Source: an archaeon (lineage in GTDB: Archaea; Undinarchaeota; CAZHTU01; JBDRCC01). From it: DNA of 64,000 bases. The translations under genes and the position numbers were made by a program. The notes beneath the pieces are model-generated. The model made no database searches. It saw only the letters and a list, made by a program, of their open reading frames with translations, and was not told the origin of the DNA. The stretch spans positions 79,373 to 143,372 of the forward strand of contig JBDRCC010000007.1 in the NCBI GenBank assembly GCA_043822065.1, read 5' to 3'. Shown here one piece after another: positions 19,258-28,913 of this stretch (within the stretch, counting starts at the first letter, position 1; the number at the start of each line of letters is the position of its first letter).

Positions 19258-19917
19258 ATGTATGAACTAGTTACAGTACAGGATAACGTAAGGGTTCCGC
19301 CAGACAAGTTTGGCACCGACCTGAAGGGCACGATAATAAGCGTGCTGAAGCGCCAGTACGAGGGCTACCTTAACAAGGACCTCGGGCTCGTCGTCAGCGT
19401 GGCTGACGTTGACACAATCGGCGAGGGCGAGATACGCCCTGGCGACGGAAGCGCATACTATGACACAGTCTTCAAGATACTCACATTCAAGCCGGAGATG
19501 AACGAGCTCGTCCTCGGGAAAGTGATAGAAATCGTCGAGTTCGGCGCGTTCGTAACATTGGGTGCGATTGACGGCCTCATTCACGTTTCACAGGTCACGG
19601 ACGACTTCCTTTCATATGACGACAAGGGCAGGCGCCTCGTCGGCAAGGAGAGCAAGAAGTCAGTCAGCGAGGGGGACTTCCTCCGCGCGAGGATTGTCGC
19701 ACTCTCAATGAAAAAGTCACAGAGCCAGAAAGTAGGGCTCACCATGCGCCAGAGCGGGCTTGGCAAGCTCCAGTGGATTGAGGAGGAGCGGAAGAAGGCG
19801 AGCAAGGAAAAGGCAGCGCCAGCCGAAACGAAGGATAAGCCAAAAGACAAGGCAAAGGACAAGCCGAAGGAGAAGCCGAAAGAGAAGGCTAAAGACTCCC
19901 CAAAGGGGAAGAAATGA
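19258..19917 (+). CDS. rpoE: RNA polymerase subunit E' (Rpo7) with KDKP-repeat tail
   Basis: VRVPPDKFG, IRPGDGSAYY, EFGAFVTLGAIDGLIHVSQVTDD, GLTMRQSGLGK. Confidence 0.97.
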   Translation: MYELVTVQDNVRVPPDKFGTDLKGTIISVLKRQYEGYLNKDLGLVVSVADVDTIGEGEIRPGDGSAYYDTVFKILTFKPEMNELVLGKVIEIVEFGAFVTLGAIDGLIHVSQVTDDFLSYDDKGRRLVGKESKKSVSEGDFLRARIVALSMKKSQSQKVGLTMRQSGLGKLQWIEEERKKASKEKAAPAETKDKPKDKAKDKPKEKPKEKAKDSPKGKK

Positions 19918-20096
19918 TTAAGGCATGCAAGAACTGCCACGTGCTCACCGAAGAGTCAGTATGCCCAGTTTGCAAGTCGCAGGAGTTCAGCCCGAAGTGG
20001 AAGGGCTTCATCACAGTCATTGACGCCGACAGGTCAGAGGCGGCAAAGCGCATGGGCGTTACAATGCCCGGCAAATATGCATTAAAGATTGGTTAA
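19914..20096 (+). CDS. spt4: Transcription elongation factor Spt4 (RpoE'')
   Basis: ACKNCH..CPVC..WKG..SEAAKRMG..PGKYALKI. Confidence 0.96.
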   Translation: MIKACKNCHVLTEESVCPVCKSQEFSPKWKGFITVIDADRSEAAKRMGVTMPGKYALKIG

Positions 20097-20097
20097 A

Positions 20098-20574
20098 ATG
20101 GAGCTACAGATAACTAACAAAAAGGAAAACAAGCTGCTGAACAGGACCGAAATTGAAGGCACGGTAACGTTCGACGCGGCAATACCTGCGAAATCCGAGG
20201 TAAGCACAAAAATCTCCGCCACCCTTGGCGGAGACAAGAACCTTGTTGTTTTGGACCACATCTACCCCCAGTTTGGGGCAAGGCAGGCAAGGATAATCGC
20301 CAAAGTCTACAAGGACAAGAAATCACTCGACGCTTATGAGCCAAAGCCAAAGGCGGCAGCCCCGAAGAAGGAGGGCGCGCCAGCCGAAAAGCCGGCAGAA
20401 GCCAAGGCAGAGGCCCCAAAACAGGAAGCGCCCGCTGAGAAGTCGGCAGAAGCGAAAAAGGATGCTCCCACGGCGGAAGCTCCAAAACAGGAAACCCCTG
20501 CTGAAAAGCCGCCGGAGAAGAAAACCGAGGCTCCAAAGGCGGAAGCCCCAGCGGAGAAAAAGGAGGCTAAATAA
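20098..20574 (+). CDS. rps24e: 30S ribosomal protein S24e with long K/A/E/P tail
   Basis: [21 protein letters not shown] followed by degenerate EAPKQE repeats. Confidence 0.93.
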   Translation: MELQITNKKENKLLNRTEIEGTVTFDAAIPAKSEVSTKISATLGGDKNLVVLDHIYPQFGARQARIIAKVYKDKKSLDAYEPKPKAAAPKKEGAPAEKPAEAKAEAPKQEAPAEKSAEAKKDAPTAEAPKQETPAEKPPEKKTEAPKAEAPAEKKEAK

Positions 20575-20771
20575 TGGCTGAAGACAAGAAAGGCGGAAGC
20601 AAGAAGTCAAAGTCTGAAAAGTGGAAATTCTACAAGGTCGAGGGCGACCAGGTCTTACGGACAAAGAAGTCATGCCCCCGCTGCGGCCCGGGCGTGTACC
20701 TTGCAGAGCACAAGAACAGGATGACCTGCGGCAAGTGCAACTACACAGAATTCAAGGCCAAAAACCAATAA
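20574..20771 (+). CDS. rps27ae: 30S ribosomal protein S27ae
   Basis: [28 protein letters not shown]. Confidence 0.97.
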   Translation: MAEDKKGGSKKSKSEKWKFYKVEGDQVLRTKKSCPRCGPGVYLAEHKNRMTCGKCNYTEFKAKNQ

Positions 20772-20832
20772 AGTTTTATATTCTGCCACTACTACCTTAT
20801 TAACTCCTACGCGGAGTGCACCCTTCGGCTTT

Positions 20833-20960
20833 GGGGCTGTGGGGTAGGCAGGCATCCTGGCTGGCTCCAGTCTCTAGAAATTCACGAGCCTTCGGGCGAT
20901 GATGAAAGAATGGAGCGAGGATACCAGCAGATTCGGGTTCAAATCCCGACAGCCCCACCA
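20833..20960 (+). tRNA. tRNA-Trp(CCA) with 52-nt intron at position 37/38, CCA encoded
   Basis: Acceptor GGGGCTG/CAGCCCC-A-CCA; GCTGG-CTCCAG|intron 20871-20922|A-CCAGC; TTCAAAT T-loop. Confidence 0.92.
20871..20922 (+). ncRNA. Probable box C/D-like guide RNA in tRNA-Trp intron
   Basis: GCC-TTCG-GGC hairpin, ATGATGA box, then TGGAGC complementary to the tRNA's GCTCCA anticodon region. Confidence 0.65.
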
Positions 20961-21077
20961 CTCCCTATCCCTTTCTTTTAAGAAAAGAAAGGTCTAAGGG
21001 TCACCCCAAAGAAAAACATAGACAATACCAAAAGAAAACTACTCTAGGATTCGCTCCGCTCATAATATTAGTAGCAT

Positions 21078-21824
21078 ATGAAGCCGCCTGACAAACTTAT
21101 ACAAACGGACAAAAGTGAAAGAGATGAGTTTGGACTTTTTGAGAAATACGCCGACCTCAGGGAAAAGAAGGTAATTGAGATTGGGTGCGGGTATGGTAAA
21201 TACACGGTCCGCCTTGCGCCTCTTGTCAAGTCGATTTCCGCGATAGACATGTCCGAAAAGGAGCTTGCGAGGGCTATTGCAATTACCCCCGAGCGGCTCA
21301 AGTCGAAGATTCAGTACAAGCACGTGTCTGCGGCCGACCTTCCATTCGCGGACGCGTCTTTTGATACTGCATTTCTTGCGTTTGTCTTCCATGAAATCCC
21401 CCACGAGGAGCAGGAGAAAGCTTTAGCTGAGATTCTCAGGGTCCTTAAGCCAGGCGGGCAGGCCGTCCTAATCGACCCGACCCCTTACTCGCCGTTCCAT
21501 AAATTCGTCCGGATTTTCAAGCCGGAAGAGGACCACGGCTGGAGGGTGGAGCGCTCGAATGCGAGGATTGTCCAGGCTGTTGAGCAGGGCATGTTCAAAA
21601 AGGAGCAGGCACTGGAATTCCACAAGACTTTTGAGTACGAAAGCAGGGATGCTGCATACACTGCAATTCTCGGTAACTGGGCGCGGGTTGCAACTCCGAA
21701 AGATAACTCAGAGCGGGAGGTGTGGAAACGGAAGATTGACGCTATACTGGGTGACGCCATAAAGCAGCAACCAGTCCGCCTCTATGAGCACTGCCAGCTG
21801 ATAACTCTAAGAAAGCTTAAATAA
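21078..21824 (+). CDS. Class I SAM-dependent methyltransferase
   Basis: VIEIGCGYG, IDMS, ADLPFADASFD, LAEILRVLKPGG. Confidence 0.92.
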   Translation: MKPPDKLIQTDKSERDEFGLFEKYADLREKKVIEIGCGYGKYTVRLAPLVKSISAIDMSEKELARAIAITPERLKSKIQYKHVSAADLPFADASFDTAFLAFVFHEIPHEEQEKALAEILRVLKPGGQAVLIDPTPYSPFHKFVRIFKPEEDHGWRVERSNARIVQAVEQGMFKKEQALEFHKTFEYESRDAAYTAILGNWARVATPKDNSEREVWKRKIDAILGDAIKQQPVRLYEHCQLITLRKLK

Positions 21825-21845
21825 TGCATAATCGAATACTTAGGC

Positions 21846-22694
21846 ATGGGTTACGCCCTTTATTTTGACAAGAGCGCCTGGAAAAATAACTGTGTTACAG
21901 TATATCCTGTCTGTAAGGACAAACAGTGTGACGCCCCTGCTGGCGAGCTCTGTAAGCTCTTTGCAAGCGAGGTAATTGATGGCGTGAGTATAGGGCAAAT
22001 CAGTTACTTGACGTTTTTTGGCCCTGTACAACCTGGTAAGTCAGAGCCGACGAGCATGACGTTTACCTGTCCAAAGTATTCTTCTGGCATCTCTTGCGCA
22101 CATTTTCTTCAGCAGGAAGGGTGGGAATGGTTTGCGAGACGGGCAGGCATAAGCCCCTTCGACTATAATCGCGGCGACCAAGGTGATGGCCGACCTACTG
22201 CGCCTTTCTATTGCAACAGCTTTGATTCTAATCATAAGCAGGAGATGAAAATCGCAGTAAACCCCCATTCCAATTTAGAGCATTACATCCTTGCGGGGTT
22301 TTGGCTGGCTAATCCAGCCCTGAAGCAGTACCTTGTGTCCAAGTATCACACCGAGGACCTAGAATTTTCCATGGTCGAGGAAACCTCGGCGGAGCTAACT
22401 GGGAAGTTTTTTGAGGATAACAGGCGTAAAGTAAAAAAGATTGCCAAGCTCCAGGGTGCCAGTGATGGCTCCAATAGATGCCCTGGAGTCCGTAATGTTG
22501 AAGACTACAAAGCAGAGATATACTCACATGGTATTATCAACAACAAAGAAATTAATGCCTGTGGCTTCATGCTCTCTGAGCTGCCGCGGATGTCAGGCTG
22601 TTATGGCAAGGTTTATACTAATAACGTCGAAACCCGTTGCGGTGGGAATTACAAAACAAAATCTAAAATGCGGCTGATTTGCAGCAAAGCCTAA
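21846..22694 (+). CDS. Hypothetical Cys-rich protein
   Basis: 282-aa ORF, many Cys, visibly AT-richer than flanking genes. Confidence 0.7.
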   Translation: MGYALYFDKSAWKNNCVTVYPVCKDKQCDAPAGELCKLFASEVIDGVSIGQISYLTFFGPVQPGKSEPTSMTFTCPKYSSGISCAHFLQQEGWEWFARRAGISPFDYNRGDQGDGRPTAPFYCNSFDSNHKQEMKIAVNPHSNLEHYILAGFWLANPALKQYLVSKYHTEDLEFSMVEETSAELTGKFFEDNRRKVKKIAKLQGASDGSNRCPGVRNVEDYKAEIYSHGIINNKEINACGFMLSELPRMSGCYGKVYTNNVETRCGGNYKTKSKMRLICSKA

Positions 22695-22751
22695 GCAAAA
22701 GTAAATATTATATACCGTCTGCTTTTAGTAGAGCACAAGGGGGTTAACCTA

Positions 22752-24722
22752 ATGGAATACTTTGCATACACACCGATTGCAGGGCTCCTCGCCATAGTCT
22801 TTGCGGGGTACCTGTCTTACATGGTTCTGAAAAAGGAGGAGGGCACTCAGAAGATGAGCGAGCTTTCCCATGCAATTCAGGAGGGCGCACTGGCTTACTT
22901 GACGCGGCAGTACAAAACACTGGCAGTCTTCATAGCAATTGTTGCAGTAATATTCGCGTATGCATTGTCGCCCATTGTCGCATTAGTATACCTTATAGGG
23001 ACCCTTTGCTCAATCGCCGCAGGATTCATAGGCATGTACGTCGCTACAAGGGCGAACACCAGGACGACAAACGCCGCGAGGACGAGCCTAAATTCCGCCC
23101 TCCAGATTGCATTCCGGGGCGGCTCTGTGATGGGAATGTCCGTCGTTGGGCTAAGCCTATTGGGGATTGGCGTGACCTTCTATGTCTTTAGGGACATACA
23201 GGTGGTCACCGGCTTCGCATTCGGTGCGAGCTCAATCGCACTTTTCGCCAGGGTCGGCGGGGGAATATTCACCAAAGCAGCTGACGTAGGTGCAGACCTC
23301 GTTGGCAAGATTGAGGCCCACATACCAGAGGACGATCCGAGGAATGCCGCAGTAATCGCAGACAATGTCGGCGACAACGTAGGCGACGTCGCAGGTATGG
23401 GCGCAGACCTGTTCGAATCATATTCCGGCTCAATAATCTCTGCTGTGGTGCTTGGCTCTACTGCAATGGTTATCGGGCAGTTCGGGGTAAACTCCGTTTT
23501 CTTCCCATTCTCGATAGCCATCATGGGCGTGCTTGCATCGATAGCTGGTGTCTTTGTAGTCCGGACAAAAGAGGGTGCAGACCCCCAGAAGGTTCTTAAC
23601 AACGCAACATTCTCAAGTGCGATAATCCTGGCAATCGGCGCGTACTTCCTCTCCAGATACCTCCTTCACAGCATTAGCCCGTTTATCGCCGTGGTCGCAG
23701 GGCTTGTTGCGGGAGTAGTCATCGGCCTGCTTACCGAATACTACACGTCAGCGGACTACAAATATGTCAAGGCGATAGCCAAAGCCGCCGAAACCGGCGC
23801 TGGCACAAATGTCATTCAGGGAATCGCCGTCGGCATGCAGAGCACCGCGCTTCCTGTGCTCTCAATCTGCGCAGCTATCCTGCTGTCCTACCATGTCGCA
23901 GGAATATACGGCATTGCAATGGCCGCGGTCGGAATGCTTTCCATAACCGGGATTGTTGTTGCGGTCGACTCGTACGGCCCGATTGCAGACAACGCTGGCG
24001 GGATTGCAGAGATGGCCGGGCTCCCGAAGTCCGTCCGGGCAAGGACAGACAAGCTCGACGCACTTGGCAACACGACAGCCGCAATCTCAAAGGGATTTGC
24101 CATCGGCTCTGCCGCGCTTACCGCACTCGCGCTGTTCATAGCGTTCGCACAGACTGCAAACATCAGCGTGATAAGCGTGCTGGACCCGACCGTCCTTGTC
24201 GGAATGCTCATTGGAGGCATCCTGCCATTCGTCTTCAGCTCAATGGCTATGAAGGCGGTGGGAAACGCCGCATTCGAGATAATCGAGGAGGTCAGGCGCC
24301 AGTTCAGAGAGATAAAAGGCCTGATGGAAGGAAAGACAAAGCCTGACTACGCCAGATGTGTTGACATATGCACAAAGTCCGCACTACGCGAGATGATTGC
24401 GCCCGGTGCGATGGCTGTTCTTGCCCCCCTTGCAATGGGCTTCCTCCTTGGCAAGGAGGCGCTCGGCGGCATGCTTGCCGGCGCTACAGTCACCGGCGTC
24501 ATGCTAGCAATATTCATGGCAAACGCCGGCGGAGCCTGGGACAACGCCAAGAAGTACATCGAATCCGGGCACCTTGGCGGAAAGGGGACGCCAACACACG
24601 ATGCCGCCATAGTCGGCGACACAGTCGGCGACCCGTTCAAGGACACAGCAGGGCCATCGCTGAACATCCTAATCAAGCTGATGGCTGTAATCGCCCTCCT
24701 GGCGGCGCCTCTGCTGGCTTAG
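22752..24722 (+). CDS. hppA: K+-dependent, probably Na+-translocating membrane pyrophosphatase
   Basis: [68 protein letters not shown]. Confidence 0.96.
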   Translation: MEYFAYTPIAGLLAIVFAGYLSYMVLKKEEGTQKMSELSHAIQEGALAYLTRQYKTLAVFIAIVAVIFAYALSPIVALVYLIGTLCSIAAGFIGMYVATRANTRTTNAARTSLNSALQIAFRGGSVMGMSVVGLSLLGIGVTFYVFRDIQVVTGFAFGASSIALFARVGGGIFTKAADVGADLVGKIEAHIPEDDPRNAAVIADNVGDNVGDVAGMGADLFESYSGSIISAVVLGSTAMVIGQFGVNSVFFPFSIAIMGVLASIAGVFVVRTKEGADPQKVLNNATFSSAIILAIGAYFLSRYLLHSISPFIAVVAGLVAGVVIGLLTEYYTSADYKYVKAIAKAAETGAGTNVIQGIAVGMQSTALPVLSICAAILLSYHVAGIYGIAMAAVGMLSITGIVVAVDSYGPIADNAGGIAEMAGLPKSVRARTDKLDALGNTTAAISKGFAIGSAALTALALFIAFAQTANISVISVLDPTVLVGMLIGGILPFVFSSMAMKAVGNAAFEIIEEVRRQFREIKGLMEGKTKPDYARCVDICTKSALREMIAPGAMAVLAPLAMGFLLGKEALGGMLAGATVTGVMLAIFMANAGGAWDNAKKYIESGHLGGKGTPTHDAAIVGDTVGDPFKDTAGPSLNILIKLMAVIALLAAPLLA

Positions 24723-24783
24723 AAAAAACTATTAAAACAGCAGAAAACTAAGGCTGGATACTGCCAAGTCTTTCAGCCATTTT

Positions 24784-24854
24784 GCGGTGGTGATGTAGTC
24801 GCAGCATTCGAGCCTTCCAAGCTCGCCGCCCGGGTTCAAATCCCGGCCGCCGCA
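24784..24854 (+). tRNA. tRNA-Gly(TCC)
   Basis: Acceptor GCGGTGG/CCGCCGC, anticodon arm CGAGC-CTTCCAA-GCTCG, CCGGG-TTCAAAT-CCCGG. Confidence 0.9.
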
Positions 24855-24860
24855 CTCCTT

Positions 24861-25484
24861 TTACAGATAATACGACGGGTCTGCAACCCGATCCATGTTT
24901 GGGTCTATCTTGCGCTCGGTGTACTCTTTGGCGTAGTCTATAAGTTCTTCTAAGAAGTTTATCTCTGTGTCCACTCTCTTGATAAACGCCTTTGGCGCCC
25001 CCGTCTCTAAGAGCTTAATGTGCAATTTTGACTTAAGGTAAAGCCCAAACCCAAAACTGTTCTGTATGGCCCTTACGTCCTTTTCAGCATATTCACCCGA
25101 ATCCATGAACTCGCCGATATCCTTCAAAAGCTTTTGCATGACCGTGACATCCGCAAGGAAAAACTGGGCGCCCCGCAAGAGGGTTTCTACTGCGGCGTAA
25201 ATCCCGCCCTTTGGGATTGTATGCCTTTCTGTTTTTGATATTCTCACGACCGAATCCTCTCTAAGGTAGGCGAGCGTGTCCTCCACGTTCTTCGCCCGCT
25301 TCTCTATCCCCCCACGGTAGTCCTTCTCGTTTAGGTATGCAAGGTCATCTATCCAGCCCTCGAACAGCCTCTTGAGATAGGGCGGCAGCTCGGCAACCCG
25401 CCGGATATCCTCGTACGGGCGTCTGGCGAAATCCTCCAGGCCATTAGTCAACCCAATCTTCGGTGCTGAGAGCGACGGCGACAT
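24861..25484 (-). CDS. Hypothetical helical protein
   Basis: Start moved to MSPSLSAPK (25484) to avoid overlap with the ICMT gene; TATA-like element just upstream. Confidence 0.65.
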   Translation of the reverse strand: MSPSLSAPKIGLTNGLEDFARRPYEDIRRVAELPPYLKRLFEGWIDDLAYLNEKDYRGGIEKRAKNVEDTLAYLREDSVVRISKTERHTIPKGGIYAAVETLLRGAQFFLADVTVMQKLLKDIGEFMDSGEYAEKDVRAIQNSFGFGLYLKSKLHIKLLETGAPKAFIKRVDTEINFLEELIDYAKEYTERKIDPNMDRVADPSYYL

Positions 25485-25519
25485 AAAGAAAATATTGCAG
25501 GCGGAGTATTTATATCTAG

Positions 25520-26023
25520 CTAAATAATGGTCTTTTTCCTGTACGCAGCCCAGTCCTTTTTGTACCTCACTGCAAGATACTTCTCTTCCTGGAGCGTCCA
25601 GTAGAGCATGAAGCCTATCCAAATGGGCGAAGTATAGAGCGCCATCATGCTTCCAAATACCATCGGCACGCCTGCCACCATGAGTATTGAGCCATAGTAT
25701 GTCGGGTGGCGCACGAGCTTGTAGATGCCGCTTGTTATCAGCTTCTTCGGATCCCTGAATGGTATATGGGTGTAGCTCAAGACTACCAAAAGTATGCCAA
25801 CCGTGCCGAGCAATGTGCCAGCGTCCTGCATGAGCGCGCTTCCGCCCTTCGTGCTGTCAAAAAACACCATTGCGAACCAGGCAATCCAGCCGCCGAAGAC
25901 AACGTACTTGACGTTCTTGTCGTACCTGGCGGACGGGTTTCCTGTGTGCTCCTGCCTGTGGTAATAGGCGTGTACGCAGTAGCATGCCAGGCAGACTGCG
26001 AATGCGGCGTAGAACAGCATCAT
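25520..26023 (-). CDS. Isoprenylcysteine carboxyl methyltransferase / PEMT family membrane protein
   Basis: LITSGIYKLVRHPTYYG, EEKYL..RY..W..Y. Confidence 0.88.
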   Translation of the reverse strand: MMLFYAAFAVCLACYCVHAYYHRQEHTGNPSARYDKNVKYVVFGGWIAWFAMVFFDSTKGGSALMQDAGTLLGTVGILLVVLSYTHIPFRDPKKLITSGIYKLVRHPTYYGSILMVAGVPMVFGSMMALYTSPIWIGFMLYWTLQEEKYLAVRYKKDWAAYRKKTII

Positions 26024-26046
26024 GTCCTAACTAAAAAACAGGATTA

Positions 26047-26976
26047 TTATATACCCTTCGGCTTTCTGCCGAGCTTCCTAATCGAGGCGACAAAGAAGCC
26101 TGAGGTGTTGTTGTCCTGCGGCCATATCCGCAGGCACCTTTCGACCGTTGGGTTGTACTTTTCCCCCTCGAACTCAAGCACCGGTTCGCTTCTCTTAAGC
26201 CCGGGCAGGATTATCTCTTCTAGTTCTGATTTCTTGTGCCGCTTAAGGAGCCAGCTGACAACCGCCTCGTCCTCCTGCGGGTCGACGCTGCAGGTCGAAT
26301 AGACAAGCCGCCCGCCCTTTTTCAGCAGGCAGTAAGCCGAGTGCAGGATGCTCTTCTGGTCGTCCGAAAGCCTTTTTGCGAGTTCAGGCGACCACGTCTC
26401 GGCAGTTTCAGGGGACTTCTGCAATATGCCTGTGCCGGTGCAGGGCGCGTCAGCAAGCACCCGGTCGAACTGGATGTCCGTTAGCTGCTGGACTGAGCTC
26501 ATCTCCACTACGCAATTTGTAACTTTCATCCTCTCGACGTTCCTCCTCAGTATGGCAATCCTGTCCTGCCTGACGTCAAGCGCGACTAGTGCGCCCGTGT
26601 TCCCCATATACTGGGCTATCTGGGTGGTTTTTGCACCAGGGGAGGCGCACGCGTCAAGGACATTCTCACCCGGCATCGGACCGAGGACTACCGCAGGTAT
26701 CATGCTTGCGGCTTCCTGGACAAAAAAGTGCCCCTCTTTGTGGCCAGGTACGTTGCCGATGTCCTGGCGTTCGCCTTTCTTGTGGGCTATCCAAAAGCCT
26801 TCAGGGCACCATGGGACTGGGTCAAGATTCCATTCCGCCTCAATGGCACCCTTTAATTTTTTAGCAGATGTGGCTATGGTGTTGACCCGTATGGATTTTC
26901 TCAGCGGCTGGGCTATTGCAGATGAAAATTCTTCCCATGAGGTGAGCTTTTCGTATCTCGCTTTAAATTCTTCCAT
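26047..26976 (-). CDS. RsmB/NOP2/NSUN family RNA m5C methyltransferase
   Basis: SIRVNT, VQEAASMIP, LDACASPGAKTTQ, DAPCTGTG, LVYSTCS, GFFVA. Confidence 0.94.
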   Translation of the reverse strand: MEEFKARYEKLTSWEEFSSAIAQPLRKSIRVNTIATSAKKLKGAIEAEWNLDPVPWCPEGFWIAHKKGERQDIGNVPGHKEGHFFVQEAASMIPAVVLGPMPGENVLDACASPGAKTTQIAQYMGNTGALVALDVRQDRIAILRRNVERMKVTNCVVEMSSVQQLTDIQFDRVLADAPCTGTGILQKSPETAETWSPELAKRLSDDQKSILHSAYCLLKKGGRLVYSTCSVDPQEDEAVVSWLLKRHKKSELEEIILPGLKRSEPVLEFEGEKYNPTVERCLRIWPQDNNTSGFFVASIRKLGRKPKGI

Positions 26977-26978
26977 AC

Positions 26979-27449
26979 TCACTTGCGAAGCCTGGATGCA
27001 AACTCTCTGACCTTTGCCGTGTAGTTGCCCTCTGCGACCTCTTTGGCAGTTAGGTACAGGCTTGATATAGGGGGCTTCCCCAGCGTGGTTTCCATGTCAC
27101 TAAAAACGCGCTGCTCCGAAGCGCTTCCCTGGGTTGCGAAGAATGCAACTTTTTTGAGCTTCCCCCTGTTTTGGCTGATGTACGTCCTCACTGGGCTTGC
27201 CATCCGCCCGGCCCAGACTGGGGTGCAGAGAACCACAATATCATACTTTGATGGGTCCTTCTTCTGGCTGTTTATCAGCGGCAACTTCCTTGCCACGGCT
27301 TCCCTGCCCGATTTAAGATAGCCAATCAAGCCTGCGCGGCTCGCCGGGTCAGTTATCTCTTCAAGGTCTGAGCGAAGGGCTTTTGCAACTTCCTGCGCGG
27401 CTTTTTTCGTGAAGCCGGTTCTCGAATAAAAAACTGTCAGGGCTTTCAT
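26979..27449 (-). CDS. Flavodoxin-like protein
   Basis: VFYSRTGFTKK, YDIVVLCTPVWAG, VAFFATQG. Confidence 0.88.
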   Translation of the reverse strand: MKALTVFYSRTGFTKKAAQEVAKALRSDLEEITDPASRAGLIGYLKSGREAVARKLPLINSQKKDPSKYDIVVLCTPVWAGRMASPVRTYISQNRGKLKKVAFFATQGSASEQRVFSDMETTLGKPPISSLYLTAKEVAEGNYTAKVREFASRLRK

Positions 27450-27499
27450 GGATTCGCTAAATCCAAACTCTTTTAATAATGTTCTGACTAACTCTCGCT

Positions 27500-28867
27500 A
27501 TGCCTACTCCGGAACCTTTTAAGATAAAAATGGTGGAGTCCATAAAGCTCCTCCCGCGCGAAGAGCGCGAGAAAAAAATAAAAGACGTCGGATACAACGT
27601 CTTTATGCTGAGAATCGATGACATCTTCATCGATTTGCTTACCGATTCCGGCACCTCTGCCATGAGCGACATGCAGTGGGCTGAGATGATAAAAACCAAG
27701 CAGACTTATGCCGGGACAGACGCCTACTACTGCCTTGGCGACTCGATAAAAGAGATATTCGGCTTTGAGATGTACCTGCCGGTCCACCAGGGCAGGGCGG
27801 CAGAAAACGTGCTTTTCTCGACCGTTGTCCGGAAGGGCGACTTCGTGCCTAACAACATGCACTTCGACACGACAGAAGCGAACGTCCGCCACAACGGCGG
27901 CATACCTGTCAATCTGGTCAACGACGGCGCCTATGACACCTCAAAGATTGCGGATTTCAAGGGAAACATGGACGTCGCGAAGCTCGAGGGGCTCATCAAG
28001 GAGAACGGGAAGGAAAAAATCCCATTCATCATGCTGACGATAACCAACAACACCGGAGGCGGTCAGCCGGTCTCAATGGAGAACATACGGGCTGTCCGGA
28101 AAGTAGCGGATAAGCACGGCATCCCGTTCTTCTTCGACGCGTGCAGGTTTGCCGAGAACGCCTACTTCATCAAGACGCGGGAGAAAGGCTATGCTGGCAA
28201 GTCCATCCGCCAGATTGTCAGGGAGATGTTCTCATATGTTGACGGCTTCACGTTCAGCGGCAAGAAGGAGGCGCTGACAAACATCGGCGGCCTTCTCGGC
28301 TTCAGGGACGAGAAGCTTTACGAAAAGTGCAGGAATGAGCTAATCATTGTCGAGGGCTTCACGACCTACGGCGGGCTTGCATGCCGCGACCTTGCAGCAA
28401 TGGCGCAGGGACTTAAGGAGTCGACTGAGGACTCATACCAGGAGTACAGGCACGCCCAGGTGGAATACCTTGGAAACCTCCTGAAGAAGGCAGGCGTCCC
28501 GATAATAGAGCCAATCGGTGGGCATGCGGTTTATATCGACGCGAAAAAGTTCCTCCTGCACATCCCTCCTGAGCAGTTCCCGGGGCAGGTTCTAACCTAC
28601 AGCCTCTACGTAGAGTCTGGAGTGCGCGCGGTTGAGCTGGGTTCGTCCGCATTCGGCTACTGGGACGAGAAAGAGAATTTTATCCCTGCAAAGCTCGAGA
28701 CAATGCGGCTTGCAATCCCGCGCCGGGTTTACACGAACTCGCACCTGGAATACGTTGCAGAAGCAATAATAACGCTTTACAAGAAGAGGGGCCAGCTCAA
28801 GGGCCTGAAGCGGATTTATGCGCCAAAGCTCCTTGGCCACTTCACAGCCAGGTTTGAGCCTCTGTGA
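27500..28867 (+). CDS. tnaA: Tryptophanase (PLP beta-eliminating lyase)
   Basis: EPFKIKMVE, IDLLTDSGT, HQGRAAE, HFDTT, GGQPVS, DACRFAEN, SGKKE; VRAVELGS and HFTARF favour TnaA over TPL. Confidence 0.88.
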   Translation: MPTPEPFKIKMVESIKLLPREEREKKIKDVGYNVFMLRIDDIFIDLLTDSGTSAMSDMQWAEMIKTKQTYAGTDAYYCLGDSIKEIFGFEMYLPVHQGRAAENVLFSTVVRKGDFVPNNMHFDTTEANVRHNGGIPVNLVNDGAYDTSKIADFKGNMDVAKLEGLIKENGKEKIPFIMLTITNNTGGGQPVSMENIRAVRKVADKHGIPFFFDACRFAENAYFIKTREKGYAGKSIRQIVREMFSYVDGFTFSGKKEALTNIGGLLGFRDEKLYEKCRNELIIVEGFTTYGGLACRDLAAMAQGLKESTEDSYQEYRHAQVEYLGNLLKKAGVPIIEPIGGHAVYIDAKKFLLHIPPEQFPGQVLTYSLYVESGVRAVELGSSAFGYWDEKENFIPAKLETMRLAIPRRVYTNSHLEYVAEAIITLYKKRGQLKGLKRIYAPKLLGHFTARFEPL

Positions 28868-28885
28868 TTCTTAAAAAATAGAAAA

Positions 28886-28905
28886 TAGGGGGCGTTCGCC
28901 CCCTA
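28886..28905. terminator. Hairpin between convergent genes, U-tract on minus strand
   Basis: TAGGGGGC-GTTC-GCCCCCTA preceded by AAAAAATAGAAAA. Confidence 0.65.
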
Positions 28906-28913
28906 CCGAATTT

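Noticed and set aside
25485-25622. N-terminal extension of ORF 24861..25622
   Set aside because: Overlaps the ICMT gene end and a TATA-like element; Met at 25484 is preferred.
27450-27499. TnaC-like leader peptide upstream of tryptophanase
   Set aside because: Only a 50-nt divergent promoter gap with no Trp-containing mini-ORF.
27500-28867. Tyrosine phenol-lyase
   Set aside because: Has VRAVELGS and HFTARF rather than the TPL-type SMERG and FFTARF.
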